IMG/VR virus record: IMGVR_UViG_2563366911_000004
DNA length: 38,675 bases
Source of the DNA: a virus
Taxonomy: Duplodnaviria; Heunggongvirae; Uroviricota; Caudoviricetes
Strand: one strand, 5' to 3'
Shown here: positions 19,545 through 28,537 of the stretch, one piece after another
Layout of the letters: every line of letters starts with the position of its first letter
Position numbering within the stretch: position 1 is the first letter of the stretch
Made by a program: the position numbers and the translations under genes
Notes under the pieces: generated by a model
What the model saw: only the letters and a program-made list of their open reading frames with translations
Databases searched by the model: none
What the model was told of the DNA's origin: nothing

Positions 19545-19757
19545 TCAAAGCGCCACTACATGAACAGCGGCAGGACCTTTAGGTCCGTTCTCAATACCAA
19601 ATTCAACTTCCTGATTCTCAGTTAATGTTTTGAAATCGTTGCTCTGAATTGCTGAGAAATGGACAAACACATCTTTGCTGCCATCTTTCGGCGTGATGAA
19701 ACCAAAACCTTTTTCAGGGTTAAACCATTTCACTAAACCAGTCATTTTGTTAGACAT
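19545..19757 (-). CDS. cspI: Cold-shock protein (CspA family), CspI-like
   Basis: 70 aa, [70 protein letters not shown]; RNP1 motif KGFGFI and RNP2 VFVHF. Confidence 0.85.
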   Translation of the reverse strand: MSNKMTGLVKWFNPEKGFGFITPKDGSKDVFVHFSAIQSNDFKTLTENQEVEFGIENGPKGPAAVHVVAL

Positions 19758-20118
19758 AATTATTACCTTTTGAAGAAATTAGCCCTTGGGCAGAATGGTC
19801 CGAAAAAAATATCAGAGAGAAAAACCAACAAGGAAATCTCAAGAGGTACAAATAATAAAATTATAACAATGACTGCTTCAGATAAATTTGTAACAAACCA
19901 GAACACCATTAACGCATGATTAACCACCCATAGCAAGGATTACTTTTGTAAAGAAAAACACAGCAATGAAAGAATAGCTTTATTTATTAATAAAACGTGT
20001 CATTCTGATTAAGACCTTTTATCTTACCCTTAAGATTTCAGGAATTTTGACTCATGGAAGAGTCCTTTTTATTTAAATTTTACATTCAGCGATGTAAATG
20101 TTCCGATTTAATATTACC

Positions 20119-21142
<1,024 letters not shown>

Positions 21143-21146
<4 letters not shown>

Positions 21147-21430
21147 ATATATTTATGATGAGGACGCTCGTGCTTATTGGCAGGATTTTCAATCTTAAAG
21201 GAGTACTGATGCTGCAGATAAGACTCAACTTTTTCTGACAATTTTTCTGCTACTTCCAGGAAGACTTGCCGGACGCTCCTTCTGGCTGCTGCCTCATAAA
21301 ACTCCAGCGCAGCTCCTTCAACACGGTCCATGGCGACATCCAGGTCAAAAATTTCACCGTCAAAGCGTTCTTTGTCCTGTAAGGCTACAGTTACCGTAAC
21401 TTTATTCTCAAAATTACGGACTCCTTTCAC
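21143..21430 (-). CDS. Hypothetical protein inside lysis cassette (YdfR-like position between holin and endolysin)
   Basis: 95 aa ORF, apparent GTG start, translationally coupled (ATGA) to the endolysin gene. Confidence 0.5.
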
Positions 21431-21458
21431 AACCAGTTCATAGTCTTGAGTCGTTGGA

Positions 21459-21749
21459 TTACTCTCCTCTCGCAGCCTTACGCCTGTCTTCTTTAATCTT
21501 GAAATAAAGATTTGTCAGATACGTCAGCAGGCCAAAAACCAGGCTACCCAGCACACCGATTGCAGCCCACTGTGACGGAGTTACTTTATCGAGTAACTGC
21601 AATGCCCAGAAACCAGCATTACCCGCCGATGTGCCATAGGCAACACCTGTTGTTAACTTATCCATTGATTTCATATCCTCACCCCGATGTACACGGATGG
21701 TGCAATATGTTTGAAAAGATCGGAGTCTACGGGGTAGTTTTGACAGCAC
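21459..21749 (-). CDS. Class II holin, phage 21 S-like (pinholin) with dual-start motif
   Basis: Functional product probably starts at ATG 21674 ([71 protein letters not shown], 71 aa) or ATG 21665 (MDKL...), i.e. the M-K-x-M antiholin/holin dual start; two TM segments; basic C-terminus. Confidence 0.8.
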   Translation of the reverse strand: MLSKLPRRLRSFQTYCTIRVHRGEDMKSMDKLTTGVAYGTSAGNAGFWALQLLDKVTPSQWAAIGVLGSLVFGLLTYLTNLYFKIKEDRRKAARGE

Positions 21750-21893
21750 ACGCTGTTCTCAACGGCGCTAAAGAAACATACACATTAAAAATGTGAGTAA
21801 TTATTTTGAAAGAAAGTCATATATAAAATAATAATACGAGAAATGTTTTCATATTTAGTGTACTGTATACGGCCATTTATACAGGAAAAGCCT

Positions 21894-22064
21894 ATGTCAG
21901 AACGTAAAGACTCAAAATCACGCCGTAATTATCTCGTTAAATGTTCCTGCCCAAACTGCACCCAAGAGTCAGAACACAGTTTTTCAAGAGTACAAAAAGG
22001 TGCCCTTTTGATCTGCCCTCATTGCAACAAAGTATTCCAGACAAATCTTAAAGCTGTAGCCTGA
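21894..22064 (+). CDS. Small zinc-ribbon protein (two CxxC pairs)
   Basis: MSERKDSKSRRNYLVKCSCPNCTQESEHSFSRVQKGALLICPHCNKVFQTNLKAVA (56 aa) with AGGA 9 nt upstream; followed by hairpin terminator. Confidence 0.4.
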   Translation: MSERKDSKSRRNYLVKCSCPNCTQESEHSFSRVQKGALLICPHCNKVFQTNLKAVA

Positions 22065-22129
22065 TTGATTTTATTAGTAACAAGTATTTTTTATATTTTA
22101 ATAATATATTTAAAGCAGATAATAAAAAA

Positions 22130-22146
22130 CCCGCCTGAGCGGGTTT
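22130..22146. terminator. Hairpin CCCGCCTGAGCGGG flanked by A-run (5') and T-run (3'): bidirectional intrinsic terminator candidate
   Basis: Perfect 5-bp GC stem with 4-nt loop; AATAAAAAA before and TTT after on + strand. Confidence 0.5.
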
Positions 22147-22427
22147 GAGATTGTGGTGCTTTTTGTGGGAGTCATCCACTTACGCACTTTGTTTTGCCAT
22201 GCCAGCAGTTAGCTTCTGCTGTAAAACTATTCATGCAGCAAACCTGCACTTCACCACAATGGTTAGCATACTTTTCCTGATTAAGATTTTGCCAAATATG
22301 CTGGCCATTGTTTCATGTATTGGACCTCCTTAAATTTTATTAAAGAAATCCAATATTCACTACTCTGTCCGTATCTCTACTCAGGCATCAGCCTTCTTCG
22401 TTATCGTATACAGACGAGCGATGAATT

Positions 22428-22643
22428 TTAATCAGTAATGATGACATTTGCTGCTGCAGGACCTTTAGCACCACTCTCTATAGAGAAGGTAACCTTTTGA
22501 CCTTCAAATAAGGTTCGATAATTATCATTCTGAATCGCAGAAAAATGCACAAACACATCTTTACTACCATCAACAGGAGAAATAAAGCCGAAACCTTTAT
22601 CAGCGTTAAACCATTTTACTAAACCAGTCATTTTATTTGACAT
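22428..22643 (-). CDS. cspB: Cold-shock protein, CspB-like
   Basis: 71 aa, [71 protein letters not shown]. Confidence 0.85.
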   Translation of the reverse strand: MSNKMTGLVKWFNADKGFGFISPVDGSKDVFVHFSAIQNDNYRTLFEGQKVTFSIESGAKGPAAANVIITD

Positions 22644-22943
22644 TCTACATTCCTTAACTTGAGCCTTTCGGCATAAATGGTTTGCATAACAGAAACGACT
22701 TCGTACTTAATTGGAGAGACTCAAAGAAGGAATAAGTGAATAACACCTGAAATGAGAACTGCTTTAGTAAACTACTTCGTATATCGTCTGTTCTTCAAAC
22801 CGACGCAATCATTAACGCATAGTTGAACATATGAAGCAATGTTTATTTTAGACATCCAGCCATCTTCAACCCCATCAAAAAACTATAGCTTTCTTCAGGA
22901 ACGTGTGTATAGTGCGCCAAGTTATCAGTATTAAGGAATTTTT

Positions 22944-23156
22944 TTGTCCCGTAAAATGACAGGAATTGTCAAAACCTTTGACGGCAAAAGCGGCAAGGGT
23001 CTTATCACCCCATCCGATGGTCGTATCGATGTCCAGCTTCATGTTTCAGCGCTCAATCTCCGCGATGCAGAAGAAATTACCACCGGATTACGCGTGGAAT
23101 TTTGCCGGATAAATGGTCTGCGTGGCCCTTCAGCTGCCAATGTTTACCTTTCATGA
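22944..23156 (+). CDS. cspF: Cold-shock-domain protein, CspF-like (divergent from cspB)
   Basis: 70 aa, apparent TTG start, [70 protein letters not shown]; degenerate RNP motifs. Confidence 0.8.
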
Positions 23157-23210
23157 GCTATATTAAAGCTTTAATTTCAGGCCCCATCGGATCACACATG
23201 GAGAGTTTTT

Positions 23211-23300
23211 ATGAATAACCCCGTCTGTCTTGATGACTGGTTGATTGGCTTTAAAAGCTTATGCTGTACTTTGGCCGTAATAGCTCTGCTAATAATATAA
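23211..23300 (+). CDS. Candidate 29-aa hydrophobic peptide
   Basis: ATG 23211 with GGAG 7 nt upstream; [30 protein letters not shown]-terminal half is a plausible single TM helix. Below ORF-track size cut-off. Confidence 0.3.
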
Positions 23301-23440
23301 TAAGCAGACTCATTGTGTTTAGGGACATTGTACTGGAAGAAAACATTTTAAACATCAGGCAAATAACCAAGTCACCAGCTAAATAATAAGTTAACAGACA
23401 TGAGTCCCGGGATGAGATTCAACATTACCATTGCCCCATT

Positions 23441-23480
23441 TAAAGCACAAAACCCGCTCATCAGCGGGTTTTCTACTTTT
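23441..23480. terminator. Bidirectional intrinsic terminator; on the minus strand a candidate tR' downstream of the late promoter
   Basis: Hairpin CCCGCTCATCAGCGGG (23453-23468) with T-runs on both strands (minus: TTTTGTGCTTT; plus: TTTTCTACTTTTTCTT). Confidence 0.5.
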
Positions 23481-23510
23481 TCTTAACGTCGGGTATACAA
23501 AGCCCATCAT

Positions 23511-23546
23511 TGAAAAAATTTTATCCATATTTTTTGAAAAATGCAA
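23511..23546 (-). promoter_or_regulatory. Candidate late promoter PR' (with Q-utilisation region) just downstream of the Q gene
   Basis: On minus strand: -35 TTGCAT (23546-23541), 17-nt spacer, -10 TAAAAT (23523-23518); about 35-60 nt after the Q stop and about 50 nt upstream of the terminator hairpin. Confidence 0.4.
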
Positions 23547-23577
23547 ACATCATGTCGCCATCTTCAGCAAAAATCAT

Positions 23578-24360
23578 TTATCTCGTCACCTTCCTCAATT
23601 GCGCTTCCGCGTATGCTTCTTCCTGCCAGCACTTTGTTACCAGTTTACCAATGACGTCCGCATACCCCTTATACCACTGATAATCGGTCAGGTCTGGTAC
23701 CAGCTTCTGGACATGACGTCGTGCCAGCGTGGTCGGTAAACGACTAAACCGGTTTCCATTACAACGCCCACAAATCTTATATACCGGTACGCCATGAAAC
23801 CGGGTTCTTTTTTCATCCAGAACAATCCCTTTACCCTTACACCCTCTGCACGCTGTGCTGACTTCGCCCTTACCATGGCAATGCTGACATAGTTCCTTCA
23901 CCCATTCTTCCTTGATTACAGATTCCCCGCGTCTGTAGTGTTTCACCACTTCGCGCAATACATTATAAAATCCCGTACCTGAACAATGCTCACAGCGAGC
24001 CTTACTTGCCGCAGACCTGGAGTAATCAGCAAAGGCAAAATTCACGAGGTAAGGAATAATCTGTAACCGGATTTCTTCACTCAATTTGTTCAATGTCGGG
24101 TTATCCAGTGCCATCGCGTAATTTAGCAGGCCTTCAATCGCAAACTGAGCGTCCTGAACACCAACTTTTGCCAGAAATAAGGCCAACCCAAGTGGTGCTT
24201 TCGACTGCACCATCCCCTGCGCTGCCATTACATCCGTAATTGTTAAACAACCGGTGCCTGTCGCTGGAGCGTCATCGCTCAATTTTGGAGATTTTGGGGA
24301 GTAATATTTTGGTAAGGCTTCAAGGTTCATGCTCGTTCTCCACTTACGCCAGTACGCCAA
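23578..24360 (-). CDS. Late-gene antiterminator Q (phage 82/Qin QuuQ-like, zinc-binding)
   Basis: Probable start ATG 24330 (MNLEALPKYYSPKSPKLSDD...); Cys clusters CEHCSGTG...CQHCHGKG...CRGCKGKG...CGRCNG. Confidence 0.85.
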   Translation of the reverse strand: MAYWRKWRTSMNLEALPKYYSPKSPKLSDDAPATGTGCLTITDVMAAQGMVQSKAPLGLALFLAKVGVQDAQFAIEGLLNYAMALDNPTLNKLSEEIRLQIIPYLVNFAFADYSRSAASKARCEHCSGTGFYNVLREVVKHYRRGESVIKEEWVKELCQHCHGKGEVSTACRGCKGKGIVLDEKRTRFHGVPVYKICGRCNGNRFSRLPTTLARRHVQKLVPDLTDYQWYKGYADVIGKLVTKCWQEEAYAEAQLRKVTR

Positions 24361-25432
24361 TTGCCAGCGCGCGATCGATAAAACGAAATATCAGCTCCAG
24401 TTGGGAGCCATACTTCTCTTCAAATGCCACTGTATCCGTATGCAGCTCGTTGTGATGCTTTCTGCACAAAGGCAACACAAAGAGATCATGTGCTTTTGTT
24501 CCCATTCCGCCCTGCCCGTGACCAATCAGATGATGCGGATCGTCGGCTGGCATACCGCAGCAAGCACACGGCTGTGTCTTAACCCAACGAGTGTATTTCT
24601 CCTTAACCCAGCGGCGACGTTTAGGCAGCTTCATGAAAGATTCCGGAGACTCTGGATCAACGTTGATGCTTACCACCGTCTTTTCCTGTGATGGGTTTTG
24701 TTGCTGGTGGGCGTAAGGCAACGGTGCAAGATTTTTTGTGCGTTGTTTCAATATGCTGGTGGCGGTCTGCTCTCCCGGTACGATGTCGCTTTCGCGGTAC
24801 ACCGAGCAGATTTTTTCCGCTGGTAATCCCAGCGAACGACGCGATACAGCCTCAGGTAGTGCATCCACCACCTGATTGCAGACCGCCCACCAGGATAATT
24901 CAGCCAAAGATAATTCCCGCTCCTGCGTACCGCTTATTGCGTGACGGATGACGTCAATCACCCATGCTGTCAGATTTTGTTGAGCAAGCAGCTCCAGTGA
25001 TTCCGATGTCTGGTCACGCAGTTGGTTGTCGCAGTGCCAGCACAACACCATTGCGCCGGTACCATAACGGTGAATGACTGTTTCAGTGTGATGGTAATCG
25101 CCATTAGGCCACTGGCAGGATGTAACATGACGTAATAGCCAGTCAGACAATGCGCCAACGCCGCCAGCAGCACGAATCACCCGTTCGTTACTAAAAAACG
25201 GTAGCAATGTTTTGTCTTCCGCCAGCGGCTGGCGAACGGCAGGAACGACTCCGGATGGCAGATTACGCATGCTTTTTGGTTCCGGTTCCACCAGCACTCG
25301 AGGATTATGAAATATCTGTATGGATTCACGGCCCGGCTTAAGGACCACCAGCCCAAGCTCAGGCACCAGAACAGGTCTAAGTAATACCCGCACGTTACCT
25401 CCAGATCCGTTGCTGGAAAGTGCGGGACGCAC
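24344..25432 (-). CDS. DUF968-family protein (YdfU-like) with C-terminal Cys/His zinc-finger or HNH-like motif
   Basis: C-terminus ...TQPCACCGMPADDPHHLIGHGQGGMGTKAHDLFVLPLCRKHHNELH.... Start uncertain: ORF-track start overlaps the upstream gene by 38 nt. Confidence 0.65.
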   Translation of the reverse strand: MRPALSSNGSGGNVRVLLRPVLVPELGLVVLKPGRESIQIFHNPRVLVEPEPKSMRNLPSGVVPAVRQPLAEDKTLLPFFSNERVIRAAGGVGALSDWLLRHVTSCQWPNGDYHHTETVIHRYGTGAMVLCWHCDNQLRDQTSESLELLAQQNLTAWVIDVIRHAISGTQERELSLAELSWWAVCNQVVDALPEAVSRRSLGLPAEKICSVYRESDIVPGEQTATSILKQRTKNLAPLPYAHQQQNPSQEKTVVSINVDPESPESFMKLPKRRRWVKEKYTRWVKTQPCACCGMPADDPHHLIGHGQGGMGTKAHDLFVLPLCRKHHNELHTDTVAFEEKYGSQLELIFRFIDRALAIGVLA

Positions 25433-25673
25433 GTGGTGGGCGTTCGGAATAAGGCAGCCTGACAGAGATTATCCAGTGCCGATAGTCGAGACTGAGAGCT
25501 TTCTTAACCTCGAACCCGCGCCTGCGGTAAGAATGAATCAGCCATTCGGCCTGTTCTGCAGTGCATGGAGGGTGCTGGAACCATTCAGACTTGAATGCGT
25601 GAGAATACCGCCCGTGCGTGCAGGCAAGAACGGGCGAATTATCAGAATTGTAATATTTTACGTTGCGTGCCAT
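25395..25673 (-). CDS. Hypothetical protein
   Basis: 92 aa ORF, GGAG 9 nt upstream of ATG 25673. Confidence 0.4.
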   Translation of the reverse strand: MARNVKYYNSDNSPVLACTHGRYSHAFKSEWFQHPPCTAEQAEWLIHSYRRRGFEVKKALSLDYRHWIISVRLPYSERPPRASRTFQQRIWR

Positions 25674-25739
25674 CGGTTTTCTCCGGTGGCACGGTGTTAC
25701 TCAGCGGGAGTTCAGCCCCGCGCAAGATTGTAGATGAGT

Positions 25740-25991
25740 TTATTCTTCTGCAAAAGCTGAAAAGCCTGCTTTTATTCCGATCTCTTTCAGTGCCTGTAAT
25801 GAAGTGACAAACTCACCTTCGCGCAAGATAAATCCGTCTGTCACTCGACCATCCACAAAATTAATTAACGCAGCCCCATTCTTTCGCAAACACATAATGC
25901 GGTAATGACTAACAAGATTTCCATTTTCAACGCACACAGCATAGAGGCCATCTTCACAAAAAATTTTACGCAGTTCTTCGATGTTCATCAT
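25740..25991 (-). CDS. rem: Rem-like small protein
   Basis: 83 aa, MMNIEELRKIFCEDGLYAVCVENGNLVSHYRIMCLRK...; GGAAGGA SD; same length and position as Qin rem, between the DUF968 gene and hokD. Confidence 0.55.
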   Translation of the reverse strand: MMNIEELRKIFCEDGLYAVCVENGNLVSHYRIMCLRKNGAALINFVDGRVTDGFILREGEFVTSLQALKEIGIKAGFSAFAEE

Positions 25992-26107
25992 CAGAATCCT
26001 TCCGGATAATTAGCTCTCCCCTTTAAGGGACCATCCCTCTTATCCCTGCGCGCTACTTAAGTATTTTTGATTCTATTCCGGCACCGTCCAGAACTTCAAA
26101 CGCGTTG

Positions 26108-26137
26108 AAAATAAAAACAAAAACCCGCCGAAGCGGG
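26108..26137 (-). terminator. Intrinsic terminator downstream of hokD
   Basis: Hairpin CCCGCCGAAGCGGG (26124-26137) followed on the minus strand by TTTTTGTTTTTATTTT. Confidence 0.55.
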
Positions 26138-26207
26138 TTAAGTGCGGGTGCGTTGAGGATGCCTGCCACATCAGAGGTGGCGAGGGATTTCTCCCTCGCC
26201 GGGTCTC

Positions 26208-26363
26208 TTACTCCTCAGGTTCGTAAGCTGTGAAGACAGCGACCTCCGTCTGGCCGGTTCGGATTCGTACCTCGCAGAGGTCTTTCCTCGTTACCAGTGC
26301 CGTCACTATGACGGTTAAACAGATGACGATCAGGGCGATTAACATCGCCTTTTGCTGCTTCAT
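26208..26363 (-). CDS. hokD: Hok-family type I toxin (HokD/RelF-like), 51 aa
   Basis: MKQQKAMLIALIVICLTVIVTALVTRKDLCEVRIRTGQTEVAVFTAYEPEE from ATG 26363; the ORF-track entry extends upstream in frame to 26420. Confidence 0.85.
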   Translation of the reverse strand: MKQQKAMLIALIVICLTVIVTALVTRKDLCEVRIRTGQTEVAVFTAYEPEE

Positions 26364-27164
26364 AGCCTGCTTCTCCTTGCCTTTCGGCACGTAAGAGGCT
26401 AACCTACATATGTCTAGCATGAAATTGGCCTCAGATTAATGTTAAGCGTCTTGCAGGACGCGTAATGTTAACTGGGGCTTTTCTCTATCTGCCGTTGGTG
26501 TTCATGCCTGAGGCAGATAGCCTCAAGCACCCGCAGCAATTCTACTTAACTCCCGTCACCTCGCCAATATAAAATCAATCAGAAAGGCGATCCGTAAGAA
26601 CAACAGCAAGACAATAAATTGCCATTACAGCCGCAATAGCTAGCGCACATTTGAGAACCAGCACGACAACCTCCTGTATTGGACGTACACCAGTTCTGAT
26701 AAATATGAGGCTGTCTCATCATTGATTCAATATAACTATTGGGTATAGTTTCTGTGATTTTGTTTTGTAGAAATGGAACACAACAACCAGTTACCACCAG
26801 CACTTCTTTAAATACGCCAAGTCCGACGCAAGCTAACCTTCTAGTCCGCTTTGAGTGAGAAGCAGACATTTACTTAACCGGATAGCAAGAGACTTCATAC
26901 TACAGCTCATACATCATGGTTGATCCCGAAGTTTTCAGCAATGGAAATTGCCCACATGATCGTACCGTAACCACATTAGAAGCAGGTTCACTTTGTGAAT
27001 TTTGATTGTGTCACCCTATCAGTTTTGAATTTTTATAAAAAATATTCGCAAATTTGTGAATTATGAGAGGCATACGAGCATGGACAACCAATGTTACTTT
27101 CATACACAATGAAGCAACATGATAAAAATACACTGACTTTAGTAAGTAAATTTAGGAGATTGCG

Positions 27165-28499
27165 ATGTTTAGCTTAATCATGGCCGGAGAACCGGACGTT
27201 TTTGACCGCTGGCCGTGTATGGACCCTGAGCTTAAAGAAGGCAAGGAAAGCTTCTCGATGTCCCGCATGCTGGAAGGCACCCCAAGCAATATTTACAGAA
27301 AATTAACACCAATAAGACCCGATACCTTAAGAGTACTCGCCAAGCTACCGGTGTTGTTCATGACCGAAATTTATACAAAAGATGATGAATATGATACAAA
27401 CAAGTACATCAGGATCAGGCTTGGGGAAATAAGAAATTTACGTAAAGATGGTGGCGATATTTTATTTTCTTTCAAGATTAATCATGATTTTGGAGAAATA
27501 ACGAATCCCCAAACGACATTATATAAAGAAACCCTAGGACTAGGATCTTTCGGGTTAAGTCGTACACATTGGGCAGTAAAAAATAAGGATTTGAATATTG
27601 TTCTGGAATTACTTGGTTTAAACAAAAAAAATAGCCATCTGAAAGGTACAATCAAATTAAAAAAACAAACATACCCAGTAGTCGAGAATATTATAGATTA
27701 TCTTAATTTCATTAAGAAAAACTTTCGTGATGGTCTCATTACCTTCTATCGTGGACACTCTAAAAGCTCATATGAGCTTGTCCCCTCTCTTTACAGAAAA
27801 AATCAAAACGGGACGTACAGGCATCTTGCTTCAGAATCTGATTTAGTACGTGAAATACTCAGCGCAAGACCAAATGAATTTAAGGAGGATAAATTTACGA
27901 TTGATAAACTTGTCCGCATGCAGCATTATGGCTTGCCTACAAGACTCTTAGACATTACATCTAACCCACTGATAGCATTATATTTTGCTTGCTGTTCGAA
28001 CCCCGATGAAAACGGACAGGTGATTGCGTTTTCAACAAACAGAAAGAAAATTAAATATTTCGACTCAGACACAGTGAGCTGTATAGCAAACTTATCACTT
28101 TTATCTTACGAAGAGTTGGAAAAATTGTCTTCCATTGATGCCAGAAAAGGTAGTATGGAGTTACCTGAACTCACTGATAAACTTGCAGACCTTATACAGA
28201 ATGAAAAATCATATTTCAGAAACAGAATAATCCCTGATGACTTAAAGAAAGTTGTTTTCCTTAAGGCAAAAATAAATAATGAACGCATACAATCTCAGGC
28301 AGGAGCTTTTCTTCTGTTCGGACTTGATCCCATTTTACCGGAAACAGATGCTGAGTTTCCTCTTAACAGAGTGGAGATAGCGAACAAAAATAAAATTCTG
28401 GAAGAGCTGGCACAGCTTAATATATCCGAAAGCACTGTATATCCCAGCATGGAGAAAACGGCAGCAGAAATTACAAAAAAGTTTTTATCGGTATCATAA
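27165..28499 (+). CDS. FRG-domain protein (444 aa), AT-rich accessory gene; function unknown, candidate defence/exclusion gene
   Basis: Strong SD (TAGGAGA) 7 nt before ATG. Central region carries the FRG-domain signature as I recall it: ...LITFYRGHSKSSYELVPSLYRKN...LVRMQHYGLPTRLLDITSNPLIALYFAC.... Composition markedly more AT-rich than neighbouring phage genes. Confidence 0.75.
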   Translation: MFSLIMAGEPDVFDRWPCMDPELKEGKESFSMSRMLEGTPSNIYRKLTPIRPDTLRVLAKLPVLFMTEIYTKDDEYDTNKYIRIRLGEIRNLRKDGGDILFSFKINHDFGEITNPQTTLYKETLGLGSFGLSRTHWAVKNKDLNIVLELLGLNKKNSHLKGTIKLKKQTYPVVENIIDYLNFIKKNFRDGLITFYRGHSKSSYELVPSLYRKNQNGTYRHLASESDLVREILSARPNEFKEDKFTIDKLVRMQHYGLPTRLLDITSNPLIALYFACCSNPDENGQVIAFSTNRKKIKYFDSDTVSCIANLSLLSYEELEKLSSIDARKGSMELPELTDKLADLIQNEKSYFRNRIIPDDLKKVVFLKAKINNERIQSQAGAFLLFGLDPILPETDAEFPLNRVEIANKNKILEELAQLNISESTVYPSMEKTAAEITKKFLSVS

Positions 28500-28528
28500 A
28501 GGGATAAACTAAAGGAAACGAAAACTAA

Positions 28529-28537
28529 GACTGCGCA
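28529..28537. repeat. IS10 target-site duplication, left copy (GACTGCGCA)
   Basis: Identical 9-mer directly flanks both IS10 termini. Confidence 0.85.

Noticed and set aside
22145-22333. 62-aa + strand ORF
   Set aside because: Begins inside the terminator hairpin, hydrophobic nonsense product; the minus strand here carries the better-supported micro-ORF/leader.
23431-23739. 102-aa + strand ORF
   Set aside because: Spans the terminator and the Q gene 3' end in antisense; not plausible.
26430-27160. Search for relB/relE upstream of hokD
   Set aside because: No RelB- or RelE-like translation on either strand; concluded that these genes are absent here rather than missed.
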